Below, piece after piece: positions 46,380-64,000 of a DNA stretch of 64,000 nucleotides. A model generated the notes under the pieces. The model was not told the origin of the DNA. It made no database searches and saw only the letters and a list, made by a program, of their open reading frames with translations. The DNA is from the human T2T-CHM13v2.0 reference genome, Homo sapiens. The DNA lies in assembly GCF_009914755.1 (NCBI RefSeq), contig NC_060925.1; one strand, written 5' to 3'. A program made the position numbers and the translations under genes. Position 1 is the first letter of the stretch, and every line of letters begins with the position of its first letter.

Positions 46380-46880
46380 CCCTTCATATGGCCTGTCAGA
46401 CTGCATACAATTCAGCCCCTCCTACTTATCCAGCCTATCTCCTCCCCAGTTCCCTCACACACTCTGGACACAGGGACCTGCTAGTCCGCAGAGACACCAA
46501 GCTTGGTCCCGCTCCAGGGCATTTGCACAGGCCCTTCCTCTGCCTAGAATGTCCTTTCCCCTATTCTTGACATGGCTGACTTCTATACATCATCCAGGCC
46601 TCTACTCAAATAACACCTCCTGTCCATGCTATTCAATATTGCCTGCCAGTTCAGTCACTCTCTACACTCCTTCCCTGATTTGTCTCCCAACACTTATCTG
46701 AAATTATAGGGGTTTTTTTAGTGGAAGGATGGGGTGTGGAGGAAGAGGGATTTGGGGGTTTATTTTTAACTTTTTATTGTCTGTGTTTCACACTCCAAAT
46801 AAGTCCTTTAATAAGAGGGTTTAGGTTCATCTCTACTCCATAAATACTTGTAAAATAAATCAATGAATGAATGAGTGTAC
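46380..46880 (+). mobile_element. L2 relic
   Basis: 'ccagggcatttgcacaggcccttcctctgcctagaatgtcctttcccc...catggctgacttc...aatgaatgaatga'. Confidence 0.7.
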
Positions 46881-46994
46881 AGTTTTTCATTATCCATTTT
46901 AGGGGACAAAAGTGTAAAAGGGCTTTAAACAAAAGGAATCAAAATGATTTAGCTAAACTACATAAAATAGGCTCCATAAAGAAAGGTTAAAAGA

Positions 46995-47289
<295 letters not shown>

Positions 47290-48160
47290 GATACTTACAT
47301 CATGAATAATGACAGAAATGCAAAATAACCCACAATAATATTCTATAACACACCCACCAAGAGTAACATAAATTTAAATTTCTACCACCACCAAGTATGG
47401 CCAGCAAGGGAGGTACAGAACTCCCCTGCACTGCTGGAGGGGGTGTGATTTAGTGCAACCACTTTGAAAAACATTTGGCATTGCCTAGTAATGTTGAAAA
47501 TGTATATGTCCTTTACCTTTACAATTTCAGTCATAGTTATATGCCCTGTCCCATACCATACTATAAGAATGTTCATAAGAGCATTATTAGTAACAGCCTG
47601 TAATAGATGAAAAATGAAAAAATTACACATAGTGTGATTCAATTTACATAAAGACAAAATGAAAATACTGTATAATATTTAGGGATCACTAAAGAGGAAT
47701 GTGTTTGGGGAGGGGCATACAGGAGACTTTTAAGATACTGGCATTGTTCTTTTTCTCCATTTGGATAGCAATTACAGAAGTGTTCCTTAATTTTTTCTTT
47801 TTTTTAGACAAAGTCTTGCTCTGTCACCTATGCTAGAGTGCAGTGGTGTGATCTCAGTACACAGCAACCTCCACTTCCCGAGTTTAAGTGATTCTCCTGA
47901 GTTCAAGTGATTCTCCTGCCTCAGCCTTCCAAGTAGCTGGGATTACAGGTGGGTGCCACTATGCCCAGGTAATTTGTGTATTTTTAGTAAAGATGGGGGT
48001 TTCACCGTGTTGGCCAGGCTGGTCTCAAGTTCCTGACCTCAGGTGATCCATCCAACTCGGCTTCCCAAAGTGCTGGAATTACCCAAACGTGAGCCACCAC
48101 GTCCAGCCAATGTTCCTTAATATTTTTTAAACCATATATATGTTTTACACCTGTTTGTGC
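47290..48160 (+). mobile_element. Old L1M (L1ME-like) 3' fragments, split by an Alu
   Basis: 'gtgcaaccactttgaaaaacatttggcatt', 'aagaatgttcataagagcattattagtaacagcc', 'ggaggggcatacaggagacttt'. Confidence 0.6.
47791..48108 (-). mobile_element. AluS with 19-bp internal tandem duplication
   Basis: Reverse consensus; 'agtttaagtgattctcctg agttcaagtgattctcctg'; TSD tgttccttaat. Confidence 0.9.
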
Positions 48161-48400
48161 TAATATTGTGTTACAGCCCCCATTTCTCAGTGGCATATAA
48201 GGACAACCATGTGTTTTTCTTGCTCCAGGGTGTGGAAGGTTGGCTGGTCTTGACTGCAGACTGTGGGTTGTGTTCAGGTCAGCTCCACATGCCTCCTCGT
48301 GCTCCCTGGACTAGCATCTGCTCAGAGCATGTTCTCAGGGTAGATGGCAGAAGCACAAGGAACCAGGGCAAATCAGAGGAAGATTTAAAACCTTTGCTCA

Positions 48401-48739
<339 letters not shown>

Positions 48740-48749
48740 TCATTACAAG

Positions 48750-49830
<1,081 letters not shown>

Positions 49831-50592
49831 TTGGACTCCATTGGCCAAAGTAAATCAATGAGAGAAGAAAATACATGTCCTCCGCTTAATGTAGGAGGGA
49901 CTGAAAAGTCACACAGCAAAGGCTTGGCTATATAATCCATAACTGGAAGAAGTGAGAAGTAGGAAAAATGATCCAACCTACTAAAAATAATTTTATGTGT
50001 TTTTATGAATTTAAACATTTCTTCAAAATTTTTAAAGCAGGATTCTTAACAGAGAAATTTGGGAATGTCTAAACTTAAATATGTGTTGGGGGGGGCAACA
50101 TATTTCCTGTAGAAATCCTTGTTTTGGGAGCTTTTTGAAATAAGATGGAAATAACCCATATAAAACTTCATTAATTCAAGATGAGAAACAATTGGAATTT
50201 GTGAAGTATCTGAATTATAAACATTCTTGAAGTTCACTTTTATTCTGTTCAGGTACAAACAACATAAACTAATCCAGAGGAAAAAAAAATAACCTGGTAG
50301 AGATCTTTAGAGAATTAGTTTAGTGAGAAGATTTTGAATTACAATTAGCACGTAAATTATCCATGCATAAATCATGCTTCTGAAATGCTTTGTGGAATTT
50401 TTTAAGTGCCTCAAAATATTTTATTCTGTTGAACAACTTAAAAATCTCTTCCTGCCTCCTAGTCTTATTTACATATTTAATGTGTGTTTTCTGCAAATAA
50501 AGTGTTTGCTTAGCAAAATAAATCTCAGTACTGCTCCTGACTCAACCATCGCCAATTGGAAATTACTCAAGTTTCAATTCTACTTGGTTTTA

Positions 50593-51288
<696 letters not shown>

Positions 51289-52233
51289 GCAGTGAATGGG
51301 AATAACAAAAGATTATAAATTCAGCTCTCAGAATTAATGTGCCTGGATGTTCTGATTCCTGATCCAGTGTTCTTTTCCATACACCGGGCTTATGCTGGCC
51401 AATGTTAATATTCACCTGAAAACAAAATGCTCTCCTACATAGAAATTTTTCTGTGAAGCACAACTCATTAAGTCTTCTTGGCTTTATCTAAAACTGATCT
51501 GATTGTGTTACAGTTAAACTCATACCTCTCTCATCTCACCATAACCTAAATTATCCTAGGTAGTTAGAAGCCAGTCTGAAAATGATCAACATGCTCCAAA
51601 GGAATCATTCTTTGGTTCAAGATCCAGGAGAAACTGGGTAGAACCTCTCTACACACAGAACCCTACTAAATTGCAATTACCACCTTCACATTCACTGCTC
51701 AAAACTCAGCTCTTAAGAAGGGGGTGCACCATGGGCTTGAGAACCCTTGATTTCACGGGTTACCAGAAAATATCGAGAAGGAAAATGAGCAAGGTAGGGA
51801 AAGAGATAGCAGCAAATGTGTTAGAGGCAATTCATATACTAACAGACAGCAGAACTACTATAGTATTGAAACCAAAGAGAGAGAAGAAATGCAAGAAAAC
51901 AATTATAAGAAAAAGATGAGATACTCCCTAGTCCAGGGCCGAATAGCTAGGCTAGTTCTGTCCTTTCCAATAGGAGGCCTCTACTGCAAACATGCTCTGC
52001 CAGATCCTCAGTCAGGCAAAGAAGCACCCGAGGTTAATCCCTCTCCTTGAATTTATTGAAGCTGGAGGTACTGGAGCAACACTGGATGTCTTGCATCTGG
52101 CATTGTTCAATCCAGGTGTTAATTGAGACAGAAACCATAACCCAGAACACTGGAACAAACTGGGTCCCAATGATTGATACAAGCTCTATTCAGTGAATGT
52201 GGATTATCACAAACTGAAGAAGGTCCAGATTTC

Positions 52234-52550
52234 TTTTTTTGTTTGTTTTTGTTTTTGTTTTTTGTTTTTGAGATAGGGTCTCGCTCTGTCGCCCAGGCTG
52301 GAGTGCAGTGACGCGATCTTGGCTCACTGCAACCTCTACCTCCCAGTTCAAGTGATTCTCATGCCTCAGCCTACAGAGTAGCTGGGACTATAGCCATGCA
52401 CCACCACACCTGGCTAATTTTTGTATTTTTTAGTAGAGATGGCGTTTCACCATGTTGGCCAGGCTGGTCTCAAACTCCTAACCTCAAGTGATCCTCCTGC
52501 CTCAGCCTCCCAAAGTGCTAGGATTAAGGCATGAGCCACTGTGCCTGGCC
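52234..52550 (-). mobile_element. AluS
   Basis: Reverse consensus; TSD aggtccagatttct. Confidence 0.92.
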
Positions 52551-52806
52551 AGAGGTCCAGATTTCTAAATAAAATGTTTCACCATAAAGCTGCTTAGAAT
52601 GAAGGTTTTCCAGAAGCCACTCACAAAATTTTCCACTTATGTAGGAAATATTTCTCCTCTAAATGCATGAAATCATGTTGATGTGTTGGAGATCACACTG
52701 ATTAATAAATATCTGAAACTTAAAAAAAAAGGAAAAAAGAAACCCATTTTTCTGACAATTAAAACAAAAGGAAACTGAAAGAAAGCAAAAAGGAGGAAGA
52801 AACTGA

Positions 52807-53131
<325 letters not shown>

Positions 53132-53769
53132 TGCACACACTATCTTATGTTATAAAGATAATGTGGACAAAGTACCTGATCACACATGGTAAAAACTCAA
53201 TCATATTTGTTGAATAAATAAATTAATGACTGACTCACTTTGAAGTAACTGCAATAAAATCAAACTCACTATTTTATCTCCAAAACTCATTATTTGCTGA
53301 CTTCCCTTCTTCTGTAAAAATGTAATCATTTTATGTTACTCAAGTCAAAACCCTGGAACCATCTCTGCTGTTCTTTTTGCCTCTCCCCTCTCAGCTTCGA
53401 TTGTTTAAGGATAATTAATTCTTCCCCCATCAGGTCTATTTTATTCATCCCTTTCTGTGGACTCTGATCACCTGAGTCCATATCTCAATATGGATTAAAC
53501 AAGCATTTAGTGTATGTACATAACATGTCCTGAACCCGTCTACTAGTTATATATCCTACACCAGTCTATAATTGGAGTTACTTCTTGCCTTCAATGAGTT
53601 CAAATCAGACATATAAATAATACAATATGACAAAAGTAACCATGGAGCTATTTATAAGGAAAGCACTAGTTGACCAACTCAACCAATTTATAATCATCTT
53701 CCCTGTCTTGTTCTCTTTAATCTCTTCCCTTTCAGATAAAATTTTTTGCTATGTGTACCTTGAAGGATT

Positions 53770-54940
53770 ACTATGCACCAGGCATTTCTGTAAGTAACAA
53801 GTGTTTTACATAATTCACCTCATTCACTCCTCACAATAGCTCTAGAGATAGGTGGTGTTATTATTTAATACCTCCATTTCAAAAATAAAGGAGCAGTGTT
53901 TTTTAATCACAATTAAAAATAAAATTTTTTTTCTCACCCCAGTTAGGACGGCTATTGTCAAAAAGACAAAAAATGACAAATGATGGTGAGGAAGTAGAGA
54001 AAAGGGAACTGTCACACACTGTTGGTGAAAATGTAAATGAGCACACCCACTGTGGAGAACGGTATGGAGCTTCCTCAAAAAACTACAAACAGAATTACTG
54101 TATGATCCAGCAATCCCCCAGTTGGGCATTTATCGAAAGGAAAGGAAATCATTATATCAAAGAGAAGTCTGCGCTCCCATGTTTATTTCAGCCATATTCA
54201 CAATAGCCAAATTATTGAATCAACCTAGGTGTCCAACAACAGATGAACAAATAAAGTAAATGTGGGATATATGCACAATGGAATACTATTCAGCCATAAA
54301 AAAGAATGAAATCCTGTCATTCGTGGCAACATAGATGGAACTGGAGGAAATCCTGCCATGTGAAATGAGCCAGAAACAGAAAGTCACACATCACATGTTC
54401 TCACTCACATGTAGAAGCTAAAAAAGTTGATCTCATAGAAGTAATAAGTAGGACTGAGGTTACCACAGGCTGGCAAACGGATGGAAAAAGGATGAATAGG
54501 GAGGGATAAGTAAGGATTTGTTAAAGGATGCAAAATTACAGCTAGATAGGAGGAATAAGTTCTAGTGTTCTATTCCACTGTAGGATGACTACAGTTAACA
54601 ATAATATATTATATAGTTTCAAATACCTAGAAAGAGGATATCAAATGTCCCCAGTACAAAGAAATGGTAAATGTTTGAGATGATGGATATGCCAATTATC
54701 CTGATCTGATCACTATACACTATATTTATTGAAACATCACTATGTAGCCCATGAAAATGTACAATTTGTCCATTTAAAAATTAAAATAAATCATTTTAAA
54801 AATCAAAAAAATCAATTTTTTAAATGAGAGAAATAAGGACCAGAATGAATAAATTACTCGCCAAGTTTACACAGCAAATAAATAGCCAAGGCAGTGTGCC
54901 TAATTCATTCAGCACCCAGACCGTTCACCACTGTATTGTA
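53770..54940 (-). mobile_element. MIR relic split by the L1MA insertion (pieces ~53770-53890 and ~54820-54940)
   Basis: 'ctcattcactcctcacaatagctctagagataggtgg...ctccatttc' and 'aaattactcgccaagtttacacagcaaataaatagc'. Confidence 0.55.
53932..54790 (+). mobile_element. L1MA (L1MA4/5-like) 3' fragment
   Basis: ORF2 end plus 3'UTR 'aaattacagctagataggaggaataagttctagtgttc...gagatgatggatatgccaattatcctgatctgatc'. Confidence 0.88.
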
Positions 54941-54962
54941 CTGCACGTTAACACCAGACTAA

Positions 54963-55274
54963 TTTTCTTTTTTTTTTTTTTTCTTTTTTTTGAAACAGAG
55001 TATCACTCTGTCCCCCAGGTTGGAGTCCAGTGGTGTGACCTTGGCTCACTGCAACCTCTGCCTCCCAGGTTCAAGCAATTCTCCTGCCTCAGTCTCCTGA
55101 GCAGCTGAGATTACAGGCATGCACCACCATGCCCAGCTAATTTTTGTATTTTTAGTAGAAATGGGGTTTCACCATGTTGGCCAGGCTGGTCTCCAGTTCC
55201 TGACCTCAGGTGATCCACCTGCCTCGGCCTCCCAAAGCACTGGGATTACAGGTGTGGGCCAACGTGCCCAGCCT
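54963..55274 (-). mobile_element. AluSx
   Basis: Reverse consensus with poly-T. Confidence 0.92.
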
Positions 55275-55691
55275 GGATTCAGTTTCTTAAACTATTCTGT
55301 CACTTGCTCTTCCAAAACCCATTTTCCACAGAATCAAATCCTTAGGAATTTTCAAGGCCCTTTTTATCTAACCACAACCCACTATACTAACCTTATTACT
55401 TCCCAATGCAAGCTCCATTCTCTTCAGGATGAACTCTATATTATTTCCACATGTATCGGCTCATTTCAACCTGCTCCCTTTCCAGCCTGACTTGGCCTCC
55501 TCCTCTCCAACTGTTTAAATTTTGTTTGTGCTTCAAGACCCAGTTTAAGTCACTTCTCCATAAAAATTTTCTCAACCACCAGAAACCCAGCTTCATGACC
55601 CTCTCCTGTGAAGTCTCAAAGCTTACTATCTGCCACAAACAGAATATTTAATTATAGACTACCTTACACTGCTATTTAATTTACAAGTGTC

Positions 55692-55846
55692 GGCTGGACA
55701 TGGTGGCTCATGCCTGTAATCTCAGCACTTTGGTAGACTGATCAGGGAGGATTGTTGAGCACAGGAGTTTGAGACCAGCCTGGGCAATGTAGTGAGACCC
55801 CATCTCTGTAAAAAAAAAAAAATTAAAAATTAAATTAAAATTAAAA
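55692..55846 (+). mobile_element. FLAM monomer
   Basis: Left-arm-only Alu; TSD aatttacaagtgtc. Confidence 0.85.
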
Positions 55847-56184
55847 TTTACAAGTGTCTAAGACTTAACTATGAACTCCAAGAACCAAGGATCCTAATCT
55901 TACATTTCTTTTTTATTATTTTTTTATTTATTATTTATTTATTTATTTTTTTGTGGTTTTCTTTTTTTTTAATTTTTTCATTATAGTTTAAGTTCTAGGG
56001 TACATATGCAAAACGTGCAGGTTTGTTACATATGTATACATGTGCCATGTTGGTGTGCTGCCCCCATTAACTCATCATTTAACATTAGGTATATCTCCTA
56101 ATGCTATCCCTCCCCCCTCCCCCCACCCCACAACAGGCCCCGGTGTGTGATGTTCCCCTTCCTGTGTCCAAGTGTTCTCATTGT

Positions 56185-60005
<3,821 letters not shown>

Positions 60006-60068
60006 TAAGATGTTAGCTGGTTATTTTGCTCATTAGTTGATGCAGTTTCTTCGTAGCCTTGGTGGTCT

Positions 60069-61082
60069 TTACACTTTGGCATGTTTTTGCAGTGGCTGGT
60101 ACTGGTTGTTTCTTTCCATGTTTAGTGCTTCCTTCAGGAGCTCTTTTAGGGCAGGCCTGGTGGTGACAAAATCTCTCAGCATTTGCTTGTCTGTAAAGTA
60201 TTTTATTTCTCCTTCACTTATGAAGCTTAGTTGGCTGGATATGAAATTCTGGGTTGAAAATTCTTTTCTTTAAGAATGTTGAATATTGGCCCCCACTCTC
60301 TTCTGGCTTGTAGAGTTTCTGCCGAGAGATCAGCTGTTAGTCTGATGGGCTTCCCTTTGTGGGTAACCCGACCTTTCTCTCTGGCTGCCCTTAACATTTT
60401 TTCCTTCATTTCAACTTTGGTGAATCTGACATTTATGTGTCTTGGAGTTGCTCTTCACCAGGAGTATCTTTGTGGCGTTCTCGGTATTTCCTGAATTTGA
60501 ATGTTGGCCTGCCTTGCTAGGTTGGGGAAGTTCTCCTGGATACTATCCTGCAGAGTGTCTTCCAACTTGGTTCCATTCTCCCCGTCACTTTCAGGTACAC
60601 CAATCAGACATAGATTTGGTCTTTTCACATAGTCCCATATTTCTTGGAGGCTTTTTTCATTTCTTTTTATTCTTTTTTCTCTAAACTTCTCTTCTCACTT
60701 CATTTCATTAATTTGATCTTCCATCACTGATACCCTTTCTTCTAGTTGATCGAATCGGCTACTGATGCTTGTGCATTCATCACGTAGTTCTCGTTCCATG
60801 GTTTTCAACTCCATCAGGTCATTTAAGGACTTCTCTATTGTTTATTCTAGTTAGCCATTCGTCTAATCTTTTTTCAAGGTTTTTAACTTCTTTGCCATGG
60901 GTTCAAACTTCCTCCTTTAGCTCGGAGAAGTTTGATCGTCTGTAGCCTTCTTCTATCCACTCATCAAAGTCATTCTTTGTCCAGCTTTGTTCCATTGCTG
61001 GTGAGGAGCTGCGTTCCTTTGGAGGAGGAGAGGCGCTCGGATTTTTAGAATTTTCAGTTTTTCTGCTCTGTTTTTTCCCCAT
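60069..61082 (-). pseudogene. L1 ORF1 (RNA-binding), disrupted
   Basis: ATGGGGAAAAAACAGAGCAG at 61082; fragment MKEKMLRAAREKGRVTHKGKPIRLTADLSAETLQARREWG; no full-length ORF in the track. Confidence 0.9.
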
Positions 61083-62103
61083 CTTTGTGGTTTTATCTAC
61101 CTTTGGTCTTTGATCATGGTGACGTACAGATGGGTTTTTGGTGTGGATGTCCTTCCTGTTTGTTAGTTTTCCTTCTAACAGACAGGACCCTCAGCTGCAG
61201 GTCTGTTGGAATTTGCTGGAGGTCCGCTCCAGACCCTGTTTGCCTGGGTATCAGCAGCAGAGGCTGCAGAACAGCGAATATTGCTGAACAGCGAATGTTG
61301 CTGCCTGATCGTTCCTCTGAAGTTTCATCTCAGTGGGGTAACCGGCTGTGTGAGGTGTCAGTCTGCCCCTACTGGGGATGCCTCCCAGTTAGGCTACTCG
61401 GCGGTCAGGGACCCACTTGAGGAGGCAGTCTGTCTGTTCTCAGATCTCCAGCTGTGTGCTGGGAGAACTACTACTCTCTTCAAAGCTGTCAGACAGGGAT
61501 ATTTAAGTCTGCAGAGGTTTCTGCTGCCTTTTGTTTGGCTATGCCCTGCCCCCAGAGGTGGAGTCTACAGAGGCAGGCAGGCCTCCTTGAGCTGCAATGG
61601 GCTCCACCCAGTTCGAGCTTCCCAGCCACTTTGTTTACCTACTCAAGCCTCAGCAATGGCGGGCGCCCCTCCCCAAGCCTCGCTGCTGCCTTGCAGTTCG
61701 ATCTCAGACTGCTGTGCTAGCAGTGAGTGAGGCTCTGTGGGCGTGGGACCTTCTGAGCAAGGCACGGGATATAATCTCCTAGTGTGCCGTTTGCTAAGAC
61801 CATTGGAAAAGCGCAGTATTAGGGTGGGAGTGACCTGATTTTCCAGGTGCCATCTGTCACAGCTTTGCTTGGCTAGGAAAGGGAATTCCCTGACTCTTTG
61901 CGCTTCCCGGGTGAGGCAATGCCTTGCCCTGCTTCAGTTCACACTCAGTGCACTGCACCCACTGTCCTGCACCCACTGTCCAACAAGCCCCAGTGAGATG
62001 AACCCAGTACCTCAGTTGGAAATGCAGAAATCACCTGTCTTCTGCGTCGCTCATGCTGGGAGCTGTAGACTGGAGCTGTTCCTATTTGGCCATCTTGGAA
62101 GCA
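61083..62103 (-). promoter_or_regulatory. L1 5'UTR (internal sense promoter and antisense promoter)
   Basis: ~1.02 kb, YY1-type CAAGATGGC at the 5' end, retains the ~129-bp segment missing in L1HS. Confidence 0.85.
61656..61730 (+). pseudogene. L1 antisense ORF0 remnant, premature stop at codon 25
   Basis: MAGAPPQASLLPCSSISDCCASSE* matches the N-terminus of primate L1 ORF0 (MAGAPPPASLPPCSLISDCCAS...). Confidence 0.8.
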
Positions 62104-62461
62104 CCTAATCTTACATTTCTTTATATCCTCCTCCCTATGTCTTTCACAAAAAGGTATTTAAATGATCAAAGAAAGAAATGAATGAATACTAGGATGTTAA
62201 TAAACAGCTGACAACTTGGCTAACACTATTTGAGGGTCATAGGAAATGAAAATAGAAGATTAATGCTTGCTGAAAAGATAAAATGCATATCGGCAAGAAA
62301 ATGTTACCAAATAACTGTAGCATTGAGTATATACATACTAGCAAAATTAATTCTTCGGTAGACATAAGCATATTATTAAATATGATATTATCATAACTAC
62401 ACTAATGAAAACGGCCATACAAAATTTCAACCTAATACAGTATTTAGCCACAGAGTTATCC

Positions 62462-63075
<614 letters not shown>

Positions 63076-63163
63076 AAGTTATACCTTTTTAATAATATTA
63101 AAAGGTGTTCAGCAATGTAAATAATTAACACAACTAAGATTTGTTGTCAGAATTTTCAGTCTA

Positions 63164-63272
63164 GTGATCGCTTTGCTTTGGCAGCATACATACTAAAACT
63201 GGAAAGATACAGAGAAAATTAGCTTGGCTCCTACGCAAGGATGACACGCAAATTCATGAAGCATTCCACATT
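63164..63272 (+). pseudogene. U6 snRNA retrocopy (RNU6 pseudogene)
   Basis: 'gtgatcgctttgctttggcagcatacatactaaaactggaaagatacagagaaaattagcttggctcctacgcaaggatgacacgcaaattcatgaagcattccacatt' aligns end-to-end to U6. ACAGAGA box intact, many substitutions, 5-nt 5' duplication, no upstream PSE/TATA seen, flanked by a TSD. Confidence 0.95.
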
Positions 63273-63313
63273 AAATTTTTTTAATAAAGTAAAAATATAT
63301 ACATTTTAAAAGA

Positions 63314-64000
<687 letters not shown>

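Noticed and set aside
63164-63272. Functional U6 gene
   Set aside because: It has many substitutions, a 5' duplication, a TSD and no visible PSE/TATA, so it is a retrocopy.

Overview
Primate (human-like) genomic DNA, AT-rich and dominated by interspersed repeats. I can identify about 46 Alu/FLAM/FRAM copies. There is a full-length but inactivated L1PA4/5-type LINE-1 on the minus strand (55912-62103) with a 19-bp target-site duplication (TSD), and an ancient near-full-length L1MD-like element (about 9480-17630) broken by later insertions. Also present are several L1 3' fragments, L2 and MIR relics, three LTR relics (MLT1C-like, MER51A-like, THE1-like), two DNA-transposon relics (MER5A, MER63A), a U6 snRNA retrocopy and a ~246-nt all-purine microsatellite. 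I recognise no host protein-coding gene: the ORFs in the track derive from Alu, L1, other repeats or microsatellites, or are short and unrecognisable. I found no evidence for a new gene system. The best-supported unusual observations concern insertion history: a U6 copy and an Alu enclosed by one 16-bp TSD, a THE1 LTR inserted inside an Alu's TSD, an Alu inserted in another Alu's TSD, and a templated micro-inversion inside an Alu. Weaker observations are a candidate enhancer (FOX:ETS/AP-1) and possible non-coding exons. Subfamily names come from remembered consensus diagnostics, not a RepeatMasker run, and boundaries of old elements are approximate.
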